The translations under genes were made by a program, and so were the position numbers. 64,000 nt of DNA, from the IMG/VR virus record IMGVR_UViG_3300002542_000292; one strand, 5' to 3'. Of the stretch, positions 49,623 to 59,763 are shown in pieces. Within the stretch, counting starts at the first letter, position 1, and each line of letters starts with the position of its first letter. The DNA is from a virus (lineage: Duplodnaviria > Heunggongvirae > Uroviricota > Caudoviricetes). The notes beneath the pieces were generated by a model. It worked only from the letters and a program-made list of their open reading frames with translations, ran no database searches and was not told the origin of the DNA.

Positions 49623-49818
49623 GCAATCTCCTCCTATCGGGACATATGCCGTCCTACATTTATTTTAGCATGGTATAGATATACATATCAATCATTCTAT
49701 TGAATAAACAACTTCCGAATCTCTTGTCGGAAAATTCGTACGGTCTTATTTGAGGTTGACAGACAATTTGTCTGTAAAGTATAATGGATATAGGACGGAA
49801 GACAGCTAGAAAGGGAGC

Positions 49819-50046
49819 GTGTTGTACATGCAGAATTTCCACCGTACGTTCATTCCGCATGGGTTCGTGAGCCTTAATCAGGCTTGCAGTGAACTCGGCA
49901 TTTCCAGGCCCACGCTCAACAGGTGGATAAAGAAACTGGATGACATATTCAAGATTACGGTGAACGAAGTGCACCACATCCGCCAAGAAGATGTTGAAAG
50001 AATCCGACAGGCCAGAATGGAAATGCTGGTAGGTGCAGAGAAATAA
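49819..50046 (+). CDS. Small helix-turn-helix protein (excisionase/MerR-like)
   Basis: AAGGGAG RBS; LNQACSELGISRPTLNRWIKK HTH. Confidence 0.55.
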   Translation: MLYMQNFHRTFIPHGFVSLNQACSELGISRPTLNRWIKKLDDIFKITVNEVHHIRQEDVERIRQARMEMLVGAEK

Positions 50047-50047
50047 G

Positions 50048-50080
50048 CAGAAAGCCACCTTGACTTAAGGTGGCTTTCTG
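50048..50080. terminator. Hairpin CAGAAAGCCACCTT-GACTT-AAGGTGGCTTTCTG
   Basis: 14-bp perfect stem between convergent genes. Confidence 0.7.
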
Positions 50081-50084
50081 TGTA

Positions 50085-51275
50085 TCAGTCGTTTGTTCCT
50101 TGAAGTTGTGAATCGAGGAAGTCCACCAAGTGGACGAACCATCCTTCAACCGTTTGCGGCATGGTCGGACTGCCCCATTCCACCTTTCCGTGGTGGGATG
50201 CAAGGATGTTCAGGAAATGCCAATAGTCCTTTTCCGAAAGTTCGATGTTCTGTTCCTTGCAGAACTGTTGGAACATCATGGGGCCGATGACGCGGTGTTC
50301 CAAAATGCCATACGTCGGATCTCTGTCGATCTTGCCTTCTGTCGTGTACTCGTAGATTTTGCCCATGTCGTGCCATATGACAGTAGCCAAGATGAAATCG
50401 CGATTGACTTCGCGGCTTCCTTGCTTGACCATTTGCTTCGCCATGTTTTCGATGATCCAGTACATGTGACCGGCGATGCTGCGCAGGGCATCCGCATACT
50501 TGGATTCTGTTCCGGTTTCCTTGTATTTCTTAATTTCCTTCAGGGCAAAATCCACAATTCTCGCATACAAAACGGACGACGTACTGACGACATCTTTATT
50601 CGATGCGGACGTCAGGAAATAGGCGAGACGAAGCAGGCCCCACGTATGCTCGACGAGTCCGTGGATGTATGCATGGTGGTGACGGCGTGCAGCCGGACTG
50701 ATAACGAACTTGTTCCAATACGTACGGAGTCCTTCCATAGCAATCGTCTTGTACGTGGGGTTTTCGATCTTGTCGAGGATGAGATACATTTCCACCACAA
50801 GATCTTCGATGTTTGCTCGGCATTTTGGCAGGTAGGACAGGTAAGCATCCGGAGAACGTTTCTTGTCCGTATCCACGGAGAGGTTCTTGAGTTGCAACGT
50901 CTTGTTGCCGGAACCTCTCGGGAATTCGCTGACGTTTGCTGTGATTTCGATGAGTTTGTATTTGTCGATAATTTCTTCTTTGATCTGCTTCAGGTCAATG
51001 CCAGGCCTGGAGAAGATCTGCGCCGGATACGAACCGTACGAATCATGTACACGCATCTTGAGCATTGGTTCCCCGGTGCTCGTCGTCGCAAGTTCGCAGT
51101 CCGTGATGAGCACCGTAGTCACGACTTCCGTGCCAAAGGATGCCGTATGGATGGCATTGTTCTCGCGGAATGTCGGTACAGGGAACTTCTGCAGAATTTC
51201 CTGCCGTTCGGGACAGTTCACGTTGATGCCTGTATCCACGAGTCCGAAGATGTGATTCTGTGCATGATCGAACAT
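50085..51275 (-). CDS. OB-fold plus HD-domain phosphohydrolase/nuclease (YhaM-like)
   Basis: HD-type motifs HHHAYIHGLVEHT and VIWHDMGK, with an extra N-terminal domain. Confidence 0.55.
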   Translation of the reverse strand: MFDHAQNHIFGLVDTGINVNCPERQEILQKFPVPTFRENNAIHTASFGTEVVTTVLITDCELATTSTGEPMLKMRVHDSYGSYPAQIFSRPGIDLKQIKEEIIDKYKLIEITANVSEFPRGSGNKTLQLKNLSVDTDKKRSPDAYLSYLPKCRANIEDLVVEMYLILDKIENPTYKTIAMEGLRTYWNKFVISPAARRHHHAYIHGLVEHTWGLLRLAYFLTSASNKDVVSTSSVLYARIVDFALKEIKKYKETGTESKYADALRSIAGHMYWIIENMAKQMVKQGSREVNRDFILATVIWHDMGKIYEYTTEGKIDRDPTYGILEHRVIGPMMFQQFCKEQNIELSEKDYWHFLNILASHHGKVEWGSPTMPQTVEGWFVHLVDFLDSQLQGTND

Positions 51276-51413
51276 ATGAACACTCCAATCCGTATATCAT
51301 GTTATCTGAATGGATTGTACCATGCGGTATCTGAACAAGTCAATGTATTACGTTTTTCATTCAATTATTGTACATTGTGCGGTATGTGTGGTTAAATGAA
51401 GGTATGAACCCGT

Positions 51414-53609
51414 ATGAATGGAGGGATGGAAGAAGTGGCAGTCATCAAACCGTTTGACCTCACGCATTTGTATTCCAGTGCAGAGGAATACAAAAAAGAC
51501 CTCGCTGCACTTGAATATGTGTCGAATGAGATCGGAAGACTCCATGATGAAATAAAGACTGCAATGAACGACAATGCACCCAACGCTGCACTCGAAGAAA
51601 AAATGCAAACATACATCGCTCTGATCAAGCAGAAGGAGTATCTGTACTATGCAGTCGCTCAAGCAGAAAAGAACTTGGAACAGGGCATTGACATGCTTTC
51701 TCAATTGGAACACGTCAGTATGCCGGACGGCAAGCACATCAGAGTAGTGAAAAGGGACGACTTCTTGCACGCACAGGTGTACGTGTTGGACGAATCGGAT
51801 CGCGTGCAGGACACTATTGTGTTGGAAATGGCATCCAAGCCGGAGGACGTTGCTAAGGTACAGGGAGTCATCAACGATCTGCATGCCTATTTGACGGAAC
51901 GCCTGAAAGAAAACGTGCATGATGTCGATGAACCCGTATACGACGTGCAGCAAATCGCTGAAATCGAACAAAACGCAAGACAATTGGAAAAGGCAAACGA
52001 GAAAATGGAGATGTTTGCCGATTTCAAAAAAATGATGGCTGACCTCGGCGAGAAGCTTGCACCGTACATCGGCCGAGCGAAGGAAATGACACAACAGTTG
52101 TCTGAATACGTCAAATCTAAATTCCAAGTCCTGAAAGTCAGCATCAACGAATGGGGTCAGTACAACTTGGGTGGATACCGTTCCGTGCGCAAGGCCTTCG
52201 ATTCCTTGAATCAGTTGGAACAAGACTACAAGGAATACGCACAAATGCTGGACGACGCATGGAAAAAACGGGAAGAAGTGTCGGACAAGATGGCTGACAT
52301 CGACAAAAAGATGGACAGACTGCAGCACGGAAAAGGGTTCAAGAACCTGTTCACAATCCATAAGGACAAAAAGTTGGAACAACTGTATATGGAATACAAG
52401 AGCCTGAGCCATCAACACGATATGCTAAGCCTCCACATAGAAAAAATGAAAAAGAGCTTGGACATCATTCGTCACAGACGCATGAGTGCTCTCGGTGTGG
52501 ATACTATGGATCTATCGGACAAAACGGTCGGTCCGTATACCATACAGGTACAAAAGGACAAAGATGGCATCGGTGTCGTGCTCAGCTATCGCGGAAAACC
52601 GTACGAGCACATTTATCTGCCGATCGATGACAAACGTCCTATGGCTGTTCGGCTGGCAGAATTGGAAAGGTTCAACAAAGCAGTCAAAAGCATGAGTCCG
52701 AAATCGATTGACGAACGTTCTCCGGAACAAAGCGTGGACCCAGAACTCGAAAAGTACGTACAAGACAAGAAAAATGGGTATACAGACCGCATACGCAACA
52801 TTATGACAGAACTCGAGAATGCACCGGACGCCGCATTTGCGAAAGAAAAGATGAAGGAACTCATCGAAATTGCACAGGAATACTCGAACTACAGCAACCA
52901 CGCCTGCGACATGTATATCGATGCAGAAGGCAACTTCAATCTGGATTTCGTGGACCAAAACCAGAACAAGCTGCATGAAACGTTCCTTGTAAAAATGAGT
53001 CCAGAAGTCAGCAAAGAAGTCATGAACGTTGCCTACAGCATGGGCGGCGTGAACGACATGACGTATGCTATCGATCAGTCGCAGGAATTCGAACTTGCTT
53101 CTTCGTTGTACATCAAGCAATACAAACAACTTTCCCAAAAGTACATTGAAGCCAATGATATGGAGGGTCTCCGCAGGCTCAACGACACCTTGGTGAATCG
53201 CATGACATCTTTCGGTCAAATGTTGGTCGGAGATGCAGTGGTCACGGTTTCCAGGTTCGGTGACGGATTCAAGTTGCACGTACAGACACCAAACGGTCGT
53301 CCGGAAGTCGTCGTATGCCCGGTGGGTCTTGATGGAAAAATCGAAATCGAACAGCTTGAAAAGCTTGTCCATCGTACGGTTGAGAAAGCACGTGAAACCA
53401 AAGTGTACGATCGTATCCGCGATCTGCCAGGGGATACCACTTCGGACCGGACACAAGACAGGGAAGCAGATATTTCGCAACAGGGAATCGAAAATACGAG
53501 AAATGCTTCTGCGAACATATATGATACCATATCTCGCATGGATGTACGTGACAATTCGGCGAAAGAACGGGAAAGGGATGCGGTGGAACGAGAAGCGGAA
53601 CGCGTTTGA
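51414..53609 (+). CDS. Large coiled-coil-rich hypothetical protein (731 aa)
   Basis: Long ORF, highly charged. Confidence 0.5.
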   Translation: MNGGMEEVAVIKPFDLTHLYSSAEEYKKDLAALEYVSNEIGRLHDEIKTAMNDNAPNAALEEKMQTYIALIKQKEYLYYAVAQAEKNLEQGIDMLSQLEHVSMPDGKHIRVVKRDDFLHAQVYVLDESDRVQDTIVLEMASKPEDVAKVQGVINDLHAYLTERLKENVHDVDEPVYDVQQIAEIEQNARQLEKANEKMEMFADFKKMMADLGEKLAPYIGRAKEMTQQLSEYVKSKFQVLKVSINEWGQYNLGGYRSVRKAFDSLNQLEQDYKEYAQMLDDAWKKREEVSDKMADIDKKMDRLQHGKGFKNLFTIHKDKKLEQLYMEYKSLSHQHDMLSLHIEKMKKSLDIIRHRRMSALGVDTMDLSDKTVGPYTIQVQKDKDGIGVVLSYRGKPYEHIYLPIDDKRPMAVRLAELERFNKAVKSMSPKSIDERSPEQSVDPELEKYVQDKKNGYTDRIRNIMTELENAPDAAFAKEKMKELIEIAQEYSNYSNHACDMYIDAEGNFNLDFVDQNQNKLHETFLVKMSPEVSKEVMNVAYSMGGVNDMTYAIDQSQEFELASSLYIKQYKQLSQKYIEANDMEGLRRLNDTLVNRMTSFGQMLVGDAVVTVSRFGDGFKLHVQTPNGRPEVVVCPVGLDGKIEIEQLEKLVHRTVEKARETKVYDRIRDLPGDTTSDRTQDREADISQQGIENTRNASANIYDTISRMDVRDNSAKERERDAVEREAERV

Positions 53610-53626
53610 GACATCACTTCACCAAA

Positions 53627-53652
53627 AAGGACGGCAGACATCTGCCGTCCTT
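53627..53652 (+). terminator. Hairpin AAGGACGGCAGA-CA-TCTGCCGTCCTT
   Basis: 12-bp perfect stem. Confidence 0.65.
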
Positions 53653-53737
53653 CAAACATTTTTCCACAGGTTTGACAGCATGTACATAAAGTGTTATAAT
53701 GTATGTAAGGACATAATATACGAGGTGCCGTGAGGTC

Positions 53738-55729
53738 ATGAAAAACATACTTGCATACAGCATGCTTGGGTGCCTGTTGGTACTCGAAGTACTCGGCATA
53801 GCATCAAACATACCACAAATGTTCATTCAGCCGAAACAGTTTGCAGAGAATATGCAATGGATGGATCCCCAATGGATCGGTCTGATTCTGTTGGCCGTTT
53901 TGGCGATCATGAGGAAAAAATACTCCGAATACCTGTACGGCTGGTTTGACAAAATATTCGTAATTGCTGTATGCCTTGGAGTGCTTGCCTACGGTTCGCA
54001 ACTCATCCATTTGGGAATCGTGCATTGGCTGGATGGACAAGATTTGGGACAAGGCGGACTCGGTGGACTGGTTGCTGCTATTGCATACAGGGTATCTGTG
54101 GTACTTGCCTTGGTCGTCATAGTAGTTATTATCCAGTCCAGGTTCGGAATGCTCCTCATGCAGCCAAAGGACCAAATCGAATTTGGTGCTTCCAAAAACA
54201 AAGGGAGATTCAAAGAAACCAAGTTCAGGAAGGAATTTGACATCGATCATGTACCAAAAAAGAATCCGGGGGATATTCTTGTATGTTGGGACCGGCAGAC
54301 GGGCAAGGGTGTCATAATTCCGGAAAAGGACAGAAGCCTGCACCTCTTCTGTGCCGGTCCTACGGGTTCCGGCAAATCTTCTACTCTGGTCCTGCCGATG
54401 ATCTACCAAGATTTGAAGGTACCAAATTCCGGCGTCGGACTCATAGAACCCAAGGGCGACATCGCAGAGACTGCCTATAAGATGGCTATTATGTTGGGAC
54501 GGAAGGATGCTGTATATTTCGACCCAACCAACAAAGATACTACTGTATATTTCAACCCGCTCGACCCAATGAACGGTACCGACTATGACGTCATCAACCT
54601 CATGACTACAGTGTATGACGGCATGGCGGGTGGTTCTAACACGGACCCATTCTTCCACAAGAACAGCATGATGGTTCTCCGTAAATCCTTGGACCTGTTG
54701 CTTCGTCTTAAGCGTTTGGAAGGTTCGGTCCTGACGCTCCGTGAACTCGGAAGGTTCCTGACGGGCAAGACGGTCATGATCGATTACTGCAAAAGGCTCG
54801 CTTCATACCGGAGACCGGAAGACGAAGCACTCTTGGAATGGTTCTATTCGGAACTCTTGGCTGACACCAAAAATGCGCAGAACAACCAAGGATACTACGT
54901 GGGACTGCGTCAGGAAATTGAACTTTTGGGTGAACTTGATTGGCTCAACGGAGATCCCAAGACCGGACGGTCCCAACTCAACTTCGACGAATTGTTGGAA
55001 AACGGCGGAGCATTCTTCGCCAGCACGGGACTCGGCGCGCTGGGTACGATGGGTAACTATCTCGGTCAATTTCTTATCATGGCATTCCAAAACGCCGTGT
55101 TCCGCAGACCGGGAAATGAAAATACGAGAAAACCATTCTACATGTACATCGACGAATTTTCACTGTATGCCAACGACAATTTCGAACGATGGTTGGCACT
55201 CGCACGCTCCTATCGTTGCCCGGCACACCTGTTTACACAAGGTACGGCTCAGCTCGACAAGGTAAGCGAAGAATTCAAACGTTCTGCAATCAACAACTGC
55301 CGACACAAGATTATCTTTGCACCAGAAGAAGAATCGGAAGCCAAGTATTGGTCGGAATATTTCGGAGAAACTTACAGGGAAAAAGTCAGCAAAAACGTGA
55401 GCAAGGGTACTTCCAAGAGATGGAATTGGCTCAATCTCATGGATACTCCGGACAACATCAACGATTCGGAAGGACAAAACGTCAGCGAAGAATTGGTCAA
55501 AAACTTCACGCCCACCGACATTATGAACCTGCCATTCAAACACGTCATCTACAAAACGGTCAAAGATGGCACCAACCAAATGGCAAGATACGGCGTGACA
55601 GATTGGATTCCAAATCGAGTCAACGACGTTCTCAAAAAGATAAACATAAAGGATCACAAGCCGAATATTCACATGCAACGCAGTACGGAACCCAATCTCT
55701 CGGGAGAAGAAGATCTCGAATTCGCATGA
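53738..55729 (+). CDS. Membrane-anchored P-loop DNA translocase, VirD4/TraG-like type IV coupling protein (FtsK-like not excluded)
   Basis: About 4 N-terminal TM helices, Walker A CAGPTGSGKSS, Walker B FYMYIDEF. Confidence 0.6.
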   Translation: MKNILAYSMLGCLLVLEVLGIASNIPQMFIQPKQFAENMQWMDPQWIGLILLAVLAIMRKKYSEYLYGWFDKIFVIAVCLGVLAYGSQLIHLGIVHWLDGQDLGQGGLGGLVAAIAYRVSVVLALVVIVVIIQSRFGMLLMQPKDQIEFGASKNKGRFKETKFRKEFDIDHVPKKNPGDILVCWDRQTGKGVIIPEKDRSLHLFCAGPTGSGKSSTLVLPMIYQDLKVPNSGVGLIEPKGDIAETAYKMAIMLGRKDAVYFDPTNKDTTVYFNPLDPMNGTDYDVINLMTTVYDGMAGGSNTDPFFHKNSMMVLRKSLDLLLRLKRLEGSVLTLRELGRFLTGKTVMIDYCKRLASYRRPEDEALLEWFYSELLADTKNAQNNQGYYVGLRQEIELLGELDWLNGDPKTGRSQLNFDELLENGGAFFASTGLGALGTMGNYLGQFLIMAFQNAVFRRPGNENTRKPFYMYIDEFSLYANDNFERWLALARSYRCPAHLFTQGTAQLDKVSEEFKRSAINNCRHKIIFAPEEESEAKYWSEYFGETYREKVSKNVSKGTSKRWNWLNLMDTPDNINDSEGQNVSEELVKNFTPTDIMNLPFKHVIYKTVKDGTNQMARYGVTDWIPNRVNDVLKKINIKDHKPNIHMQRSTEPNLSGEEDLEFA

Positions 55730-55746
55730 ACTGCACGTGAAATATG

Positions 55747-55776
55747 ACAAGGGACGGCTTTTCAGCCGTCCCTTGT
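55747..55776. terminator. Hairpin ACAAGGGACGGCT-TTTC-AGCCGTCCCTTGT
   Basis: 13-bp stem between convergent genes. Confidence 0.7.
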
Positions 55777-55789
55777 CGTATATATGAAT

Positions 55790-56440
55790 TCAGTTTGAAA
55801 GCATGCCCTCCAATGCCAACACTATCACGTAGGAAACGAAAATGGATGGAAGGAGGGGGAAACTCGTTTTCTTCTGTGCTAGGGCGATCACGCTCTGTAT
55901 GACTGCTGCAACTGCAAAGACGACAAGTACGGCGAGAATCATCCAACCTTTGACAAAGGCGATGGCTGTAAACATGAATATGTCACCGCCACCGATACTG
56001 TGATCCCACATCTTTTTCCCCACGATGTTGAAAATGACAAAGGTAAAGAATGTTGCAACAGGGGGAACAATGTAGTGAAATACGTACGACCACATACTCG
56101 ACATATCGTACATGAAAAAATATGCCGTCGCCATTGAAAAGCCAGTGACGTTCATCAAAATCATCAGAGGGTACGGAACTACATTGGCATACAAATCCGT
56201 AGCCACGGCAATGCACAAAATCCACAGCAAAACGAGGTTCATGATGGTTTCGTACGTCGTTGTTGCTCCAAGTTCCATAAAATACCGGCAGAAGTAGGTG
56301 AATATGCATGCCAATGACGTTCCCAAAAAAGCATGTACGATCCTGCTCTTTTTCTGCTTGCCGAACTTCGCATCTATGTATTTGGACATCCATGCAAACA
56401 TGATGGGAATGCCCACGATAGGTAAAATGTACACATACAT
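55790..56440 (-). CDS. A24-family prepilin peptidase-like polytopic membrane aspartyl protease
   Basis: Polytopic membrane protein with VATDLYANVVP and IGGGDIFMF, resembling the two conserved Asp motifs of TadV/PilD peptidases. Confidence 0.5.
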   Translation of the reverse strand: MYVYILPIVGIPIMFAWMSKYIDAKFGKQKKSRIVHAFLGTSLACIFTYFCRYFMELGATTTYETIMNLVLLWILCIAVATDLYANVVPYPLMILMNVTGFSMATAYFFMYDMSSMWSYVFHYIVPPVATFFTFVIFNIVGKKMWDHSIGGGDIFMFTAIAFVKGWMILAVLVVFAVAAVIQSVIALAQKKTSFPLLPSIFVSYVIVLALEGMLSN

Positions 56441-56585
56441 ACGGCATCACACCCAACATAGTTATTACTTTTATTTAACCATGTTCCGTATGTATTTGTC
56501 AATATGCTTTGAACAAAGCACGAGGCAGTACATATTTGTACTGCCTCAAGCTGCCTCAAACTGCTTCAAATTGTTGCAAATTAAA

Positions 56586-56663
56586 TCATTTTTCTTGTCT
56601 TCGTTTTTCCAAAGCAACCGTAAGCAGAACGAACACACCCAACGCAAAAAGGAACAGATACAT
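56586..56663 (-). CDS. Mini-ORF (25 aa, MYLFLFALGVFVLLTVALEKRRQEK) with a perfect conserved RBS motif
   Basis: GTGTAAGGAGTGTGCACC-ATG read on the minus strand; terminator hairpin (GAGGCAGTACA...TGTACTGCCTC at 56526-56551) follows. Confidence 0.35.
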   Translation of the reverse strand: MYLFLFALGVFVLLTVALEKRRQEK

Positions 56664-56734
56664 GGTGCACACTCCTTACACAAAATGTTTATAAAAATTA
56701 TAACGTGTAAGGAATTATGCACACAATAATTTAA

Positions 56735-56917
56735 TCACCGAAGCATTCTCACGATGTCATTGTAGAACATCAGTGCGAATCTGCCCACCACAATGAGAAG
56801 GAATATCACGAATATCCATAGGACGATTCTTAGCCATAGTGGTTTCTTGTCATGGTAATGATAATGCTTGTGATAGTGTTGAGCATTGCGATAACGTCTG
56901 CGCGCCATGTGTTCCAC
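56735..56917 (-). CDS. Small His-rich membrane protein (60 aa)
   Basis: N-terminal HYHKHYHYH and one TM helix; same operon as 56928-57914. Confidence 0.45.
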   Translation of the reverse strand: MEHMARRRYRNAQHYHKHYHYHDKKPLWLRIVLWIFVIFLLIVVGRFALMFYNDIVRMLR

Positions 56918-56927
56918 CTCAATCTCT

Positions 56928-57914
56928 TCAAATGATGAGCAAACCTTCTTTATTGACTTGCATGTCGGACCTCACGGCCCGAAGCAGATCGCGTCTTCCG
57001 TCGATCACTTCTTCATGACCGAGAAAATGAATCGGGTCAAACTTCCTGGATTCGAATACAGAAAGTTCAAACAAATTGTGTTGCTGTTTCCCGTTGGTGA
57101 GGTTGCAATACCAAATGTCCGCATAGGGACCGTATTTCTTGATGTCTTCCATGGTGGCGACTATCACGCGCATACGGCTTCCTGCTTCTTTCAAGTACAA
57201 GTTGACCGTGTTTATGATGTTCTGAACGCGCACTTTGTTGAGGAGCGTTACGAACATAATGATTTGTTGGTCAGCCTTGTACCCGTGCAGATGGAAATAT
57301 GTCAGATAGTTCCGAATCTTGGCGTCGATCATTTGCAAGTTCTGTTTGCCAGAATCGAGTTCCAGATTGAATGAAGATTCTCCGCCATCGTGAGTAAAAT
57401 ACCCAAGTGCATCTGGGATTATCTTTGGAGAGCCATCGTCATACGGATACAGACTTTCACATTCGATGGGACCTCTCCAAAGAAGGAGACCGGAATTTGG
57501 CACGTTGTCGTGTTCGATGAAAGACATCATGACCTCCGTAGCTGCACTGTTGTGAGCTGCGAATACCAGCATGCCGGCCGGTGTGCGATTGAGATTTTTC
57601 GGAACCGAAGGATCCACACTGTGCAGAATTTCGATTCCTGCTTTTTTGATGAAGTAGTAATAATAGTTGTTGAACTGCACGCATCCTATATAATCAAGTT
57701 CCTTGAGTGCAGAAACGTACCATCTCACGTTCCTCTCGTTTTTGTAGCACAAAAGTCTCTTCATATCAGATACACGCAGGAAGTCATATCTGAGCAATAC
57801 TTTGAGGAACGGTTCGTAATGGGGATTATACAGGTTGTTCGGGTCTTTTGGGAACCTTGGGTTCCATTTATTCTTTTCAATAAGCTTTTTTATCTTTGCC
57901 CTGGAATCTGTCAT
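56928..57914 (-). CDS. Hypothetical protein (328 aa); possible DNA-binding or replication-relaxation-type function
   Basis: ORF only; the function guess rests on its placement in the plasmid-like module. Confidence 0.35.
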   Translation of the reverse strand: MTDSRAKIKKLIEKNKWNPRFPKDPNNLYNPHYEPFLKVLLRYDFLRVSDMKRLLCYKNERNVRWYVSALKELDYIGCVQFNNYYYYFIKKAGIEILHSVDPSVPKNLNRTPAGMLVFAAHNSAATEVMMSFIEHDNVPNSGLLLWRGPIECESLYPYDDGSPKIIPDALGYFTHDGGESSFNLELDSGKQNLQMIDAKIRNYLTYFHLHGYKADQQIIMFVTLLNKVRVQNIINTVNLYLKEAGSRMRVIVATMEDIKKYGPYADIWYCNLTNGKQQHNLFELSVFESRKFDPIHFLGHEEVIDGRRDLLRAVRSDMQVNKEGLLII

Positions 57915-58087
57915 TCCTTCACCTTCTTGGACTTCGTAGTTCTTTTCATCAAGGCACGAATAAACTATTTGGATACCTCAATTGTATCATGTGTGTCGAA
58001 GTTTGTCAATACTGTATACTTGCAATAAATGGCAGGACATGTTACAATAAAGGTAAGGAATATGTTTAGTGTAAGGAGTGTGGGAAT

Positions 58088-58354
58088 GTGCAAACGGATG
58101 TGTTGCTTCAAACCTTGGGGATTGTGAACTTGGTAACATTGCTTTTGTACATCGCGGATTATTTGGGGGCGATGAATAGGGGGTTTAGGTTCCCCAACGT
58201 GATCATTTGGCTCCCCACCATTGCATTCGGTTCATTCGGGGCATTTGTAGGAGTGTATACAAGCGGTCACAAATTGGAACGTCCGGAATTCAGATTTGGG
58301 ATTCCGTGCCTTGTGGTCGCACATTTGTTTGCCCTAGCAATCCTCATGATGTAA
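58088..58354 (+). CDS. Small membrane protein (88 aa)
   Basis: GTG 10 nt after GTGTAAGGAGTG; 2-3 TM helices. Confidence 0.5.
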   Translation: MQTDVLLQTLGIVNLVTLLLYIADYLGAMNRGFRFPNVIIWLPTIAFGSFGAFVGVYTSGHKLERPEFRFGIPCLVVAHLFALAILMM

Positions 58355-58356
58355 AC

Positions 58357-58395
58357 AAAAAGATGGAGAATGCATCACGCATTCTCCATCTTTTT
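58357..58395. terminator. Bidirectional terminator AAAAAGATGGAGAATGC-ATCAC-GCATTCTCCATCTTTTT
   Basis: 17-bp perfect stem; overlaps the stop of the primase-polymerase gene. Confidence 0.8.
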
Positions 58396-59640
58396 GTTTA
58401 CAGACTTTATAATGCTCATGAGGTAATTGTGGCGACTTCCATACCGTTCCCTGTATTTTTGACCGATCTTGTATCGTTCGTCTTCATACAAGTTCCTGAT
58501 AGCAAGTGGCGTGTAGCCCATCCTGCGAAGTTCGTATATCACCTTATAGTCGAGTTCCGATCTTCCACCACGCAGGGTTCCGTTCATAATTTTCACTCGA
58601 AGGGCAAACGGCAGTTCGGAAACTACGATCTTGTCCTTCGTTGCAACCTCCTTGCGAAGCTTCGCCATATGCTTTATGACACGCATGGCATCTTCACCGA
58701 GTGGAAACCTTGAGAATTCCTCTCCCGTGTGGAGGATGAACATGCCATCTTCCATGTCGATGTCGGCTTCGACTGGAGGATCTATCGGATAGTCGATGAT
58801 GCCGTTCGCCAAGTTGTCCACGATAATGTCGGTCCATATCTGCGGGAAGTTCTCCGCCCGCTGTATTTTCCTGATGTGCGGATATAGGCGATCTTTAGCC
58901 ATCCTCACAAGCTTCTTGTGTTCGTCCAAATCCTCCAGACGCATAGGACGGAATTGTTGTTTCACTTCGTCCCCCATAAGTTCGTTGATGTCTATATCCA
59001 TTTTGAACGATTCAAAGTTCTGGACATCATACGCCAAGCTTGGGTCGAAATGCACAATGCGCACCTTTTTCAGGTTGCTTTTATCCTTCATGTTGAAGGT
59101 GAAAGGGACGCGAAGCACGCGGTCCAGATTGAACGTGGAGTCCCCCTGCACAGATTCGCTGAGGCCCTTGAGAATCCCCTTGATGTATGCCTTGCAATCG
59201 AGGTCCTTCACATGGTACGTTTCCTTCAACTTCCAATAGCAATGGTATCCATTGCCCGACATGATGACAAGCGTCGGTTTTTGTTCCATGTTCATGATGC
59301 TTTTGAAGTGTTCGTCCAGGGAAGTGTTGATCTGCTTTCCGTCCACGTCTACCCATAGAAAGGGAACATCGACGATCAGACTTTCTTCCGCATGTTTGTC
59401 GACGCTTTCTCTGCGCGGGCAGACGCCGAAATAGCAGTTTTCATACACTCTGAGTTTCTCAATTCTGTTGGCTGCATACTTCAGCCACGAAGGGTCGAAC
59501 AAGGAATACGATTTCACGCTCGGTATGCGGTTCGAACCCATGAACATCAATTCCACATGTCCGCGTTGACCTTCAAACATGTATTGAAGAAATTGTTCCA
59601 CGTTTTTAATGACGGCGCCGTTTTGCAACGCTCGCACCAC
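58375..59640 (-). CDS. Primase-polymerase (archaeo-eukaryotic primase superfamily) replication protein
   Basis: DVDGK and SGNGYHCYW motifs typical of the PrimPol / plasmid RepB-prime-type catalytic domain. Confidence 0.6.
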   Translation of the reverse strand: MVRALQNGAVIKNVEQFLQYMFEGQRGHVELMFMGSNRIPSVKSYSLFDPSWLKYAANRIEKLRVYENCYFGVCPRRESVDKHAEESLIVDVPFLWVDVDGKQINTSLDEHFKSIMNMEQKPTLVIMSGNGYHCYWKLKETYHVKDLDCKAYIKGILKGLSESVQGDSTFNLDRVLRVPFTFNMKDKSNLKKVRIVHFDPSLAYDVQNFESFKMDIDINELMGDEVKQQFRPMRLEDLDEHKKLVRMAKDRLYPHIRKIQRAENFPQIWTDIIVDNLANGIIDYPIDPPVEADIDMEDGMFILHTGEEFSRFPLGEDAMRVIKHMAKLRKEVATKDKIVVSELPFALRVKIMNGTLRGGRSELDYKVIYELRRMGYTPLAIRNLYEDERYKIGQKYRERYGSRHNYLMSIIKSVNKKMENA

Positions 59641-59763
59641 CTTTACATTTGGGTACTTTCCAACAAAAAATATAATATACGTTTTCTTGACCAGTCAAGC
59701 AATTTCTTGCTATAATTTTTATATAAGGCTCGTCCTAATATATATACATATCAAGGAAGGAGT

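Noticed and set aside
53738-55729. Interpreting the translocase as a phage terminase large subunit
   Set aside because: It has about four N-terminal transmembrane helices and a TraG/VirD4 or FtsK-style Walker A (GPTGSGKSS) with no nuclease domain; terminases are soluble
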